The notes beneath the pieces were generated by a model. That model saw only the letters and a list, made by a program, of their open reading frames with translations. It was not told the DNA's origin and made no database searches. Shown in pieces: positions 8,610 through 18,060 of a stretch of 64,000 bases of DNA; position 1 is the first letter of the stretch, and each line of letters begins with the position of its first letter. A program made the translations under genes and the position numbers. The stretch comes from a virus, in the IMG/VR virus record IMGVR_UViG_3300033146_005950, positions 1 through 64,000 of that record; one strand, 5' to 3'.

Positions 8610-9473
8610 TTAATCGTCAATCGATGCTTTCATTTTTGCTATAAAATCATCATCGTCATCAGCACCATCATTGTCATCTAATATATCTTTTACTGGAGTC
8701 GAGTCTTTAACTTCGTCTTCAGCTGGGATATTTTCAACAGGAGTCCCGGCGACAGTGTTTCCAGCCACTTCATCAAATTTTTTCTTTGCTGCTTCATAAG
8801 ACGAAAAGTTATCTGGTGAAATAAAAGGCTTTAAATCAAACAGTACTTCATCAACTTTATCAGCAACACTTTCCTCAAGAGGCTTAGGTGGTTGAAAATT
8901 TGAATTATCATAACCAAAGTAATTTATTAATTTGCCTTCATCATTTTCAAAAGATTCAGGAATACCTATCAAATTAAAATCTGCCCCTTCATCATAATCA
9001 AATACAATGCAAGGTTCTTCAAGAGAATCTGAAGCAGGATTTATTTTACCTTGTATTTTTTTATAAAGTTTATTAGTAAATTCCCACAAAAACACTTTGC
9101 CATTATTTTCAGGTTTTACAGGATCTTTAATTACTAATATATTACAAATATATTTAACTTTCTTTTTCCTACGACGGTAAGCAGCTTTATCCCCGCGGTC
9201 CCAAGTAGCGCTTTGTGTTTCACAAACAGGACAACGTTCGCCAATATCAGTATGGCATCTTTCAGAATAAGTTCCGTTTTCTTGAAACCAATGACTTGTT
9301 TTTGATACAATTGGTGTTGGGGTATCTGGGGCAGGCAATAGTCTTATCCTCACTGAAATTTCACCTGCACTATTTTTTGTAGGTTTATAAAATCTGTCGT
9401 CCGATTTCTTTTCTGATGATTGCTCAAATGCTTTGCGAGCAGCTTCTTTGTTTATAATTCCTCTACGTGCCAT
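8610..9473 (-). CDS. gp32: single-stranded DNA-binding protein
   Basis: DDRFYKP, IRLLPA, His/Cys Zn ligands (CPVC), NILVIKDP..PENNGKVF, GADF, acidic tail. Confidence 0.93.
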   Translation of the reverse strand: MARRGIINKEAARKAFEQSSEKKSDDRFYKPTKNSAGEISVRIRLLPAPDTPTPIVSKTSHWFQENGTYSERCHTDIGERCPVCETQSATWDRGDKAAYRRRKKKVKYICNILVIKDPVKPENNGKVFLWEFTNKLYKKIQGKINPASDSLEEPCIVFDYDEGADFNLIGIPESFENDEGKLINYFGYDNSNFQPPKPLEESVADKVDEVLFDLKPFISPDNFSSYEAAKKKFDEVAGNTVAGTPVENIPAEDEVKDSTPVKDILDDNDGADDDDDFIAKMKASIDD

Positions 9474-9477
9474 ATTT

Positions 9478-10059
9478 TTATTCTCCTTGTAAAATATGTT
9501 TATTAATTTTTATAATTTTTAAGAATGTTTTATATCTAAAACTTATTCTTTTTGATTTTGCAGATTTATGTAAAGTTTCATAAAATTCGCAAGCTAAAAT
9601 ATTATTTAAGTGATTTTTAATTATTAATTTAAACAATATTGGCTCTCCGTCTTCATTAATTTCAAAATAATCTTTATAATCAATTCCTCCTTGAGCAGTA
9701 ATATTTTTTAACTTTGTTATATTAAATATATAATTTTCATTTGAATATTCAAAACTTTTTTTCATAATTTTTTCAGATAATTTATCATTATAATAAAATT
9801 TATTAAAAAGTTCATTATTTTCAAAATAATAATCTGATGCAAATAATGCAACATCTCTTAGCTTGTATTTATTTGACTGAATATCATTAAAAATTTCCTT
9901 TGAAAAATGTTTAATATTATTAAAACTATTCTCCCAATCTCTTTCCGCTCTTTCTCTTCTAATATGATTTATAAAATATTTATCTGCTTCAGTTTTTCTG
10001 CTTAAATACCGATTTACATTTGAAATAATCGGAACTACATATTTGTAACTATTGCACAT
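9478..10059 (-). CDS. hypothetical protein (at the position of the gp59 helicase loader)
   Basis: Synteny only: directly upstream of gp32; basic and helical. Confidence 0.45.
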   Translation of the reverse strand: MCNSYKYVVPIISNVNRYLSRKTEADKYFINHIRRERAERDWENSFNNIKHFSKEIFNDIQSNKYKLRDVALFASDYYFENNELFNKFYYNDKLSEKIMKKSFEYSNENYIFNITKLKNITAQGGIDYKDYFEINEDGEPILFKLIIKNHLNNILACEFYETLHKSAKSKRISFRYKTFLKIIKINKHILQGE

Positions 10060-10072
10060 AATATTAAAAACC

Positions 10073-10366
10073 TTATCTTAATTTTTTAACTCTTCTAAAT
10101 CTTGGCAATGAATGATGCGAAGTTGGAATGTAAATAAGTTTATTATTTATAATATAATCTTCAATATTATCTAATGAAGTATTTACGACTAATTTATTTT
10201 GTTGTATTTTTTTATTTGTACCCATTATTAAAAATCTGTACAAAACATCCCCAGGAGCGATTTCGTCTCCATTTAAATCGTGAATTGCCATTATATCATC
10301 AATGTCTTCATCAGTCACTCTATCAAAAGTTCTGTATTGATAATCAAATATTTCTTCTACATTCAT
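10073..10366 (-). CDS. hypothetical protein
   Basis: ORF with AAGGAG SD. Confidence 0.6.
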   Translation of the reverse strand: MNVEEIFDYQYRTFDRVTDEDIDDIMAIHDLNGDEIAPGDVLYRFLIMGTNKKIQQNKLVVNTSLDNIEDYIINNKLIYIPTSHHSLPRFRRVKKLR

Positions 10367-10399
10367 TGTCGTTTTCTCCTTTTTTTTAATTACAATAAT

Positions 10400-10435
10400 A
10401 ATATATAATTTTATTTTCCAAAATAAAATAGAAAA
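10400..10435 (-). promoter_or_regulatory. palindromic replication-gene (middle-type) promoter
   Basis: CTATTTTATTTT-GG-AAAATAAAAT-TATATATT; also at 12934, 16416 and 62347. Confidence 0.65.
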
Positions 10436-10447
10436 TATGTTTTTTTT

Positions 10448-10798
10448 TTACATAAATAAATTTAATGTTGAGTCTTCAGTATAATTATTATGACTTTTTA
10501 AAATTTCAGCCAATAACCATTTTACATCCGGGTTTATTAAATTCTTTAATTTATTAGCATCTATTATATGTTTTGTTATTTCAACTAAAACAGAAAAAAT
10601 ATCAATTCCTTTTGCTTTGCTTGCATACAATAACAACTCATTAAATAAACCAATTTGCCGTTTGCCAATTTCTGCAACAGAATAAATTGCGAATGTATCT
10701 AAGTTTATAGATTCATACTTTTTAGTATTTTTTATTAAATCTAAAAACTTTTTATATTCAACATTACGCAGAATGCTTTCAACATTTTCATTTTCCAT
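10448..10798 (-). CDS. gp33-like late transcription co-activator
   Basis: Size, helical core and C-terminal clamp-binding-like STLNLFM (T4 gp33 ends TLDFLL); near gp32. Confidence 0.5.
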   Translation of the reverse strand: MENENVESILRNVEYKKFLDLIKNTKKYESINLDTFAIYSVAEIGKRQIGLFNELLLYASKAKGIDIFSVLVEITKHIIDANKLKNLINPDVKWLLAEILKSHNNYTEDSTLNLFM

Positions 10799-10815
10799 AA
10801 TTAAATTTTCACCTC

Positions 10816-12252
10816 CTAAGTAAAATCTAAACTCGTCAAACGAGTTGTTTTATCATCATCATTTTTCTTTTTAATTTCTTTTACAAAACTAACTGTGTCT
10901 GACACATCATCATCTAAACTTTGCAAATTTGGAGCTTCGCCAGCGACTTCTCCAACTTTATGAATCGTATCCCCAATATCAGTCATTCTCATTTTAGGAT
11001 AATACATACCCACTTGAGTATAACGGTTATTTTCTTTATACCTATTTTTTACTACTACTAAATTCATTTTGTTTTGATTTTGCAATTCTGCATCAGCAAT
11101 AACACCGATTACTAAATCTGCACCCATTACAATTCCGAAAGACTCTGCAATATCGGCAACACTTAAAATAGTTTTTGAAGTCCCCTCTCTATTTGTTTGA
11201 ACTGCTGAAACAATTGGCACATCATCGGTCACTCCAATTGCTCTTACTTCTTCTGAAATTACTTTCTGTTCTCTATAAGGATTATCGGCTGAGACTCTTC
11301 TTGTGCTTCTCATTAAAGAAAGATAATCAATATAAATAATTTCAGGCACAAAACTTTTTTTATTTTTTAGTTCTTTTAATAAAGCTTTGATATGATTAGC
11401 ATTTATTGTACTTGGGGGAAATTCTTTTATAAATAAATTTCCATTATTTACAATACTTTTATTATATGCTTCAATAAATGATTTCTTTGGTATCGTTTTT
11501 AAATCATCCATTTTTACATCTAATAAATTTGCTAAAATTCTTTGCCCAATTCTTTCTTCTGACATTTCTAACGAAACATATAATACTTTTTTATTATCTC
11601 TCAAATTTTGAGAAGCTTGACTACACATTATTGCAGATTTACCAACACCAGTCCCTGCCATATATAATGACAAAGCTTTAGTATGATGACCGCCGTCTAC
11701 AATTTCGTCAAGTGCTTTAATACCAGTTGAAATTGAGAATTCTTTTGAATGCAAAAAAGAAAACATTTTTTCTGCACTGCTCTCAGAATTAAAGTCAAGA
11801 CCAACTTCATTATCAAAATTGAAAGCAAGAACTTCTTCAATCTTTGAAGATAAATCTGTCTCTTCATTTATATCAAAATCATCACTTTCCATCCGCTCAT
11901 ATAAGTTAGCAATTTCATTAGTTAACAAACTTTCTTTAATAAATTGCTCAATTACTAATAATAGAAAGTCTTCATTAAAATCATCAATACTAATATCAAA
12001 ACACTGTTTAAAATATTCTAAATGAGCAGGTTTTTGCAGCACCAATCTAAAGTCGTGTGCGCTTGGCACTTTATCGAACTCAGTAATAAATTTTAAATAA
12101 TTTTTTACAATAAAGACTGCTTCAACTGCATTAAAAAAACTTGCGTCAATATAAGGCAAAAGTTTTTCACGAACAGCAGGTTTTGTAAACATATATTGAA
12201 TTATTAATTTTTCTAATACAAGCGGATCTCTCTTAATTTCATTTATATTCAA
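10816..12252 (-). CDS. gp41: replicative DNA helicase (DnaB-like)
   Basis: MAGTGVGKS, YVSLEMSE, IYIDYL, SAVQTNR, DIAESFG, VKNRY. Confidence 0.95.
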   Translation of the reverse strand: MNINEIKRDPLVLEKLIIQYMFTKPAVREKLLPYIDASFFNAVEAVFIVKNYLKFITEFDKVPSAHDFRLVLQKPAHLEYFKQCFDISIDDFNEDFLLLVIEQFIKESLLTNEIANLYERMESDDFDINEETDLSSKIEEVLAFNFDNEVGLDFNSESSAEKMFSFLHSKEFSISTGIKALDEIVDGGHHTKALSLYMAGTGVGKSAIMCSQASQNLRDNKKVLYVSLEMSEERIGQRILANLLDVKMDDLKTIPKKSFIEAYNKSIVNNGNLFIKEFPPSTINANHIKALLKELKNKKSFVPEIIYIDYLSLMRSTRRVSADNPYREQKVISEEVRAIGVTDDVPIVSAVQTNREGTSKTILSVADIAESFGIVMGADLVIGVIADAELQNQNKMNLVVVKNRYKENNRYTQVGMYYPKMRMTDIGDTIHKVGEVAGEAPNLQSLDDDVSDTVSFVKEIKKKNDDDKTTRLTSLDFT

Positions 12253-12285
12253 TTTGTTTTCCTTTTTAAGCTATGAAGTGAATAA

Positions 12286-12672
12286 TTATTTAACATCGTG
12301 GTGATTACAATGCCAATAAATATTACGAAGATCTCCTCTGACGGTAACATTAGTAAATGTTGGAGTAAATGTTGGAGTATTTCTTTTATTAATTTTTTCA
12401 TCTTTTTCTTTTAGTTTTATGTAACACCATAATAGCCCTAACTCAATATTTGAGTCGTCACGATCTTTTGTGACTGACGCTTTAATATTATTATATGAAA
12501 ACATTACAATTGTGATTTTATCCTCAAATTGATAAATTTTAATTTTTTTAATAAAATTTTGTTTTTTCTTTATTCCAGGCCACGGCGCTTTAAATCTTTT
12601 ATAAAAATAATTTATCAAATCAGGATAACATTTCGTGACCTCAATAAAATTCTTTTTATTCTTTTTACTCAT
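12286..12672 (-). CDS. hypothetical protein
   Basis: ORF with AAGGAG SD. Confidence 0.6.
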   Translation of the reverse strand: MSKKNKKNFIEVTKCYPDLINYFYKRFKAPWPGIKKKQNFIKKIKIYQFEDKITIVMFSYNNIKASVTKDRDDSNIELGLLWCYIKLKEKDEKINKRNTPTFTPTFTNVTVRGDLRNIYWHCNHHDVK

Positions 12673-12688
12673 TTTGTATTATCTCCTT

Positions 12689-12886
12689 TTATTTTGTAAT
12701 ATCAAAGCCGAAATTATTGTCAATTTCTCTTTGCATATCAAATTCTTCAATTGTGCTGTCGTCACCTACAACTTCTATTAATTTAAAACCGCGTTTTTCT
12801 TTATAAAGAACTGTATCAATAACAACACATTCGTCAGACAAATGGTTTTCTAAGTCTTCTTTACCATTAAGTATTAAAACTGCCAT
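12689..12886 (-). CDS. small hypothetical protein
   Basis: Start moved to MAVLIL (SD AAGGAG); the upstream ORF extension is promoter sequence. Confidence 0.6.
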   Translation of the reverse strand: MAVLILNGKEDLENHLSDECVVIDTVLYKEKRGFKLIEVVGDDSTIEEFDMQREIDNNFGFDITK

Positions 12887-12933
12887 AATCAATTTCTCCT
12901 TTTTTTTATAATTGATTTTTTTAATTATATTAA

Positions 12934-12969
12934 AATATATAATTTTATTGTTTAAAATAAAATAGAAAA
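12934..12969 (-). promoter_or_regulatory. palindromic middle-type promoter
   Basis: Same motif as 10400-10435 with one mismatch in the arms. Confidence 0.6.
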
Positions 12970-13056
12970 ATGTATTTTTATGAGGAAAAAAATTGAGCAT
13001 AAATTGATTAAAAACCAAAATATGCTCAAAATATATAATTTTTTTAAAAAATAGAT

Positions 13057-13665
13057 TTATTCATCTTCCGCTTCACCGATATTGTCCTGTTCTAATACAT
13101 CGACAATTTCGGCATTATCCTGTAATAATTGTTCTTCAGCAACAGTTAAATTTACAGGTATTTTATAAAATGCTTCAATTACCTCTCTCAAATTACTGTG
13201 CTCAAATACTTTATCCCAAAACTCTTTATTTGTATGAATTTCAGTTGTTAAACATACCCAAGTATTTTCATCAATAATCTCTTCTTCATCTTCAGATTTT
13301 ATTGTGAACTTCCAACCACCCGAACGCCCTACTTTACATTGTTTTATAAAACCTGTATTTTTTGCAATATCAAATAAACCAGAATATTTTAGAATTCCTT
13401 TATCATAATGAACTGTAATTCCAATTTTAGACTTTTCTTTTATAAATCTACTTTTATCAACAACTAAAGTAAAATTATAACCTTCTAATTCATTTTTATT
13501 ATTTTTTGCTTGAGACTTTCCAATAATGAATATGGAGTCAGCCGCATAAGTAGTTCCTGTATTGTGAGAAACCACTCCGTTATCAAAAAAGTATTGTTCT
13601 TCATTTTCAACTGAAATATCATAAACTTTTCTTCTGCCAACAGGTTTAATAGATTTAATTTTCAT
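13057..13665 (-). CDS. uvsX: RecA-like recombinase UvsX, C-terminal fragment led by 35-aa C-intein
   Basis: MKIKSIKPVGRRKVYDISVENEEQYFFDNGVVSHN|TGTTYAADSIFIIGK..KSRFIKEKS..YSGLFDIA; ATG 13663-13665 with AAAGGAG SD. Confidence 0.9.
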   Translation of the reverse strand: MKIKSIKPVGRRKVYDISVENEEQYFFDNGVVSHNTGTTYAADSIFIIGKSQAKNNKNELEGYNFTLVVDKSRFIKEKSKIGITVHYDKGILKYSGLFDIAKNTGFIKQCKVGRSGGWKFTIKSEDEEEIIDENTWVCLTTEIHTNKEFWDKVFEHSNLREVIEAFYKIPVNLTVAEEQLLQDNAEIVDVLEQDNIGEAEDE

Positions 13666-13813
13666 ACATTCTCCTTTTTTATTTGAGTCAGAATTTTCTT
13701 GACTCATTTTAGATTAAATTTATTTTTTTTAATAATTTGTATTTACTAACATATTTGTGAAGATTAAAATTTAATCTCCATAATTTATTGTATATTTTTC
13801 CACCATACAAGTT

Positions 13814-15385
13814 TTAATTTGTCTTAAAAAACTTAAGCATACCTGAGTCTCTATATTTTAAATACCCATTAAGTTCTAATATTTCGGCACCTGTTAAATT
13901 TTCATCATAATATTTCCAATCTTTTAATTTATGTTTTTGCAAAGAATACCTATTATAAATTAATTCATTTTTAACGTAAAATAAACCTGGTTGCAAAATA
14001 TTAATTAATTCAAACCCAGCTGCTTTATATCCTTCCCCATTAAAATAATCTCGATGGCAATACGAAACTAAATTATCAAAGCCTTTTAATAATTTAGATA
14101 ACCCTCCCACAACTGTAATATTTGACTTTGTAACGTATCTAAGTAATTCATTAGTGTCCTCAAATCTGCCCTTACCTATTCCCACTGCTGAAACTAATTC
14201 ACCATCATAAAATAAACCAATTTTATGTTTACTATTTACATACCCTTGAATATGAAATTTGTTAACGAAATTTCGGTATTCTTCAACACTCAATTCTTTT
14301 TTAATTGTGTTTCTTGCATAAATTCTTTGATTATTTTTACAAAGTCTATTTGAAATTATATTTTTTACAATATCTTTTTTATACGCCCAAACATATTCAT
14401 TAATGTGAATAACATCTATATTGAAATTATCTTTAAAAAAATTTGTTTTATCAAAATGATAATTAGGATCTTTGAATTTACTTGAGTGCCAATAAATACC
14501 ATTAAATTCTATGCCAATATTTTTAGATGGCGCATAAATATCTAATTCATATTTTTTATCTTTAACAACAAAAAATTTATTATTTATTACTTTATCATCA
14601 ATTATACTTTTAACAAAATCTAATAATTCTTTTTCTCCTTTAGAATAATTAGATTTAGAACAATTAGGACAAACATTATAACGAGCCAAAATGTAATGAC
14701 TATTATTTTCAAATTCTAACTCCCATTCGTGAGAGCAAACTTTACACTTATATTTCATAGTGTTTTTATTTACAAAATCATCTTTATTTGACAATACTTC
14801 AATATTTTTAGAATTTAAAATATCAACATATTTTGAATAGTAATTTTTAATTTTTGTTTCATTACCTTTCTTTCTATCAATCAACTTTAAATTATTATCG
14901 ACGCCGTACCGTTCAATCAGTGTGCATTTCATTTTTTCTTTAACAATATCTGATTTAGCTACATTATCAACTCCATATTTTTCAATTACTGTTTCTTTAG
15001 ATCGTTCTCTAAAATCATCAGTGCTCATATATGAATTAGTTCCATATTTAGTTAAACAAGTCTGCTTAATTTTTTCTTTAACAATATCTGATTTTGAAGC
15101 CCATTCAATTCCATATTTTTTTAAATTAGTTTCTTTAATTTTTTTAATTTTTTCATTCATTAACTTCTTATCTTTTGCAACACATTTTTTACTGCAATAA
15201 GTTAAATATCCTTTGGAGAAATTTTTAAATTTCACAGGTTTATTACAAATTTTGCATTTTGGCTTTTCTTGTTTAGATATGAATTTATCATAATAATCTT
15301 CAAGGGGCATAGTATGCTTCTTTGAAATATGACAGCCCAGCCCCTGCAAAGATTTATATTCTTTATTACATAATTGGCATTTCAT
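13814..15385 (-). CDS. free-standing homing endonuclease (Hef-like; Zn finger + KYG repeats + Vsr/PD-(D/E)xK-like nuclease + GNAT-like C-domain)
   Basis: CQLC..H...H finger, KEKIK.T...KYG repeats, ELDIY....IGIEFNGIYWHS; lies between the split uvsX halves. Confidence 0.8.
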   Translation of the reverse strand: MKCQLCNKEYKSLQGLGCHISKKHTMPLEDYYDKFISKQEKPKCKICNKPVKFKNFSKGYLTYCSKKCVAKDKKLMNEKIKKIKETNLKKYGIEWASKSDIVKEKIKQTCLTKYGTNSYMSTDDFRERSKETVIEKYGVDNVAKSDIVKEKMKCTLIERYGVDNNLKLIDRKKGNETKIKNYYSKYVDILNSKNIEVLSNKDDFVNKNTMKYKCKVCSHEWELEFENNSHYILARYNVCPNCSKSNYSKGEKELLDFVKSIIDDKVINNKFFVVKDKKYELDIYAPSKNIGIEFNGIYWHSSKFKDPNYHFDKTNFFKDNFNIDVIHINEYVWAYKKDIVKNIISNRLCKNNQRIYARNTIKKELSVEEYRNFVNKFHIQGYVNSKHKIGLFYDGELVSAVGIGKGRFEDTNELLRYVTKSNITVVGGLSKLLKGFDNLVSYCHRDYFNGEGYKAAGFELINILQPGLFYVKNELIYNRYSLQKHKLKDWKYYDENLTGAEILELNGYLKYRDSGMLKFFKTN

Positions 15386-15397
15386 AAAGAAAATACC

Positions 15398-16366
15398 TTA
15401 TATATTAATGTTTTTAATTTCCATACCCGGAACCATATCTTTAACATAAACATACACTCCGTTCATATCCATTAATTTATGTTTGTCAGACACAACATAT
15501 TTGTTTCCGTCTTCAAATTCAATTTCATAACATTCAGGAAAACCGTCTTCAATTGTATCAGGATCCCAAACCGCGGTAACTTTTTGCTCACCTTGCAATG
15601 TTTTAACTTTATCGTCAACTGTCATATTTTGAATTTCTTTTAAAGAGCCATCTGCCATTATAATCTTAGTTCCTTCAATTACACAACCAGAAGAAACAAC
15701 CTGTCGTGAAAACATTTCCATTGTGGCATATGTATGAGCAATTACGTGCATTGGAATTCCAAGCATTTTAACTTTTGAAGTAACAATTCTGAAAAATGAT
15801 TTAACAGCTTTTGCCCTGGTCATATCCACGGTTAGCTTTCCGTCAATTGAATCTTGTGTTTCTTTATTACTTGCTAATTGGCCAATTGAGTCAATTAATA
15901 TAAAGACTTTAGGTTTATCAGCTTTTTTAGATTTTTTAAATGCTGCTTTATATTCATCATAAATTGCTTCAATTTGTTTTGAAGATTCGTGTTTAAGTTC
16001 TTCAACAGTTGTAATTGGAATATGAATAATTCTATCTAATTTATCTTGAATATGTGGGAACTGTTTTAAATAATCTTCAGTAATACCATATTCTGAATCA
16101 TAAAACAAACAAACTCCATCTTCTGCATTTTTGAAGAAAGCATCAAGAGCATTCAGCGCGTACATTGATTTAAAATGTTTTGAAGGTCCTGCCCAAACAG
16201 TCACGCCGCTTTGATAACCTTTATCCATTGAACCGCTAAATGCAACATTTAACATTGGAATATCTGACGGAAAATGTACTTCTGAATTATCAGTAACAAA
16301 ACTATCGTTTATTGTTCTGGCAAATGGAGTTGAAGTATTTTTTAATAAAGTATTTAATACAGACAT
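15398..16366 (-). CDS. uvsX: RecA-like recombinase UvsX, N-terminal fragment ending in 95-aa N-intein (15401-15685)
   Basis: IPMLNVAFSG, AGPSKHFKS, FYDSEYG, IDSIGQLAS, DMTRAK; VSSG|CVIEGTKIIMADGS..; block B SDKHKL. Confidence 0.92.
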   Translation of the reverse strand: MSVLNTLLKNTSTPFARTINDSFVTDNSEVHFPSDIPMLNVAFSGSMDKGYQSGVTVWAGPSKHFKSMYALNALDAFFKNAEDGVCLFYDSEYGITEDYLKQFPHIQDKLDRIIHIPITTVEELKHESSKQIEAIYDEYKAAFKKSKKADKPKVFILIDSIGQLASNKETQDSIDGKLTVDMTRAKAVKSFFRIVTSKVKMLGIPMHVIAHTYATMEMFSRQVVSSGCVIEGTKIIMADGSLKEIQNMTVDDKVKTLQGEQKVTAVWDPDTIEDGFPECYEIEFEDGNKYVVSDKHKLMDMNGVYVYVKDMVPGMEIKNINI

Positions 16367-16415
16367 ATTTTTGTTTCTCCTTTTTTATTATTGTTTTTTA
16401 ATTTTTCATAATATT

Positions 16416-16451
16416 AATATATAATTTTATTTTTCAAAATAAAATAGCAAA
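16416..16451 (-). promoter_or_regulatory. palindromic middle-type promoter upstream of uvsX
   Basis: Same motif as 10400-10435. Confidence 0.65.
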
Positions 16452-16604
16452 ATGAAAATAATTTAAATATTTTCATTTATTTTAAAGTCATTCTAAAGCT
16501 CATTTAAAGCTATCCAAATAAAAGTCGTATTATAATATTGTGAATATATCAAATCATCAAAAACTATCTCAGATTCTTCTTCTACTTAAATCTTACTATG
16601 TTTT

Positions 16605-17312
16605 TTATGATTTTCCACCAAATACAAAATCTCTTTCGGCGTAGCCAGGTTCTTGTTTTTTTCTGTTCTTTTTCTTTTTTGGCGGGGCAAAGACTTCCTG
16701 TATATATTGTTCTTCTGTTTCAATATTGATTAAATTATTTCTAATTTTTAATTCAAATAAACCTAACTCAAATATTGCGAAAGCATCTATTATATTATCA
16801 ATTGGGTTGCCTGACTTTTTATCAACAACAGATGGCAAAAATCTCAAATCAGGTTTATATAACGATTTATTATTATTGTAAGCAATTTCCATTTTAATTT
16901 TATCAGCATTACCTTTTCCACTGAAAAACTTTTTAATTGAAGGAACTGAGTATAATCTAAATGGAATTGAATTATTAAACAAAAGTCTTTTGATTAAACC
17001 GGTTGACTCTGCAATAGAAAATACTTGGCCAACTGCTGCAAAAGCATAATCTTCAATAAAACCATAATCATATTTAATATTATCAAAATCAGCCCATTTT
17101 TCAAATTCTTCATTCATAAATACAATTTTGTTATATTGATGATTAAAGTCTTTATTATTATAATATATTACATTTACAGCTCCACTTGCTGCAAATCGTT
17201 TTGAAGAAGTAAAAGTAAGCATTTGAATATCTTCTACTTCAAATGAATTATTAAGTCTTGCTTTTACAAACCCGGGAGAAGAAATTGAATTATCAATTGT
17301 AATAATGTTCAT
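16605..17312 (-). CDS. RuvC-like Holliday junction resolvase
   Basis: IITIDNSISSPG, FIEDYAF, IAESTGLIK, SIKKFFSGKGNADK, NIIDAFAI. Confidence 0.8.
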   Translation of the reverse strand: MNIITIDNSISSPGFVKARLNNSFEVEDIQMLTFTSSKRFAASGAVNVIYYNNKDFNHQYNKIVFMNEEFEKWADFDNIKYDYGFIEDYAFAAVGQVFSIAESTGLIKRLLFNNSIPFRLYSVPSIKKFFSGKGNADKIKMEIAYNNNKSLYKPDLRFLPSVVDKKSGNPIDNIIDAFAIFELGLFELKIRNNLINIETEEQYIQEVFAPPKKKKNRKKQEPGYAERDFVFGGKS

Positions 17313-17429
17313 TTTATATACCTCCATTTTAAAGTGAACTAACACAACTCTGTATAATTATAATTTATTATTTTTTTTTTTTTGAAAAATAGTGAGAATC
17401 TTCTAAGTCAAAAAATAAATAAAATTAGA

Positions 17430-17770
17430 TTTAATTCCGTAACGGTTTTCGTTTAAAATTGAATCTTTACATCTTTGTTAGTAGCGACGAACCTTATTTT
17501 TGCCTTTACGCTACGAAAACTTGTTTTGATTATGAATGGATGGTAATTAATATACCTAATCAAAACACGGAGACCAAAAGCTCCGATAGCAAACCTAAAG
17601 TACGGATTGTGTTTGCAATCAAAACACACTTGATATTAGCAGTTGTATCATAAAGTTCTTTATATTTTAATATCTCGTAGGTCGGGGCATATGCCAAAAG
17701 CATATAGTAGTAGTCTGGGAGAAAGCAATTAATTAGTATTCATTTACCCTTATAGTGCTGAGTTTATAAA
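17430..17770 (+). ncRNA. candidate structured non-coding RNA
   Basis: GC-richer segment with many nested helices, just downstream of AATAAATA (17414-17421); no credible ORF. Confidence 0.35.
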
Positions 17771-17974
17771 GACTGAATGAACAAATTTCAAAACAAGTTT
17801 GAAATTTGAAAAATCAAAAACTCTTAAAAAACTTATATATTGTTGAAGTTTAAAAAAAACTTCAACAGAAATTGGAAGTTAAAAAACTTCCAATTTCAAA
17901 ACAACGAAAGGAAAAAAAGACTGAATGAAAGAAATAAAAAACTATTTTTTTTTTAATTAGAGTACTATACTTAC

Positions 17975-18060
17975 TTCAACAGTTTAATTAAAAATTATCT
18001 TTTTTCAACAGTTTAATTAAAAATTATCTTTTTTCAACAGTTTAATTAAAAATTATCTTT
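17975..18060. repeat. 3 x 29-bp direct repeat (iteron-like) in candidate origin region
   Basis: TTCAACAGTTTAATTAAAAATTATCTTT(T) at 17975, 18004 and 18033. Confidence 0.85.

Noticed and set aside
13666-15400. Group I intron as the explanation for split uvsX
   Set aside because: Only 12 nt separate UvsX-N from the nuclease gene, no intron core is evident, and the C-half has its own SD and ATG.
17459-17653. 64-aa ORF in the structured region
   Set aside because: TTG start, no SD and atypical composition; better explained as non-coding.
17975-18060. Possible CRISPR mini-array (29-bp repeats)
   Set aside because: The repeats are contiguous with no spacers, and no cas genes are present.
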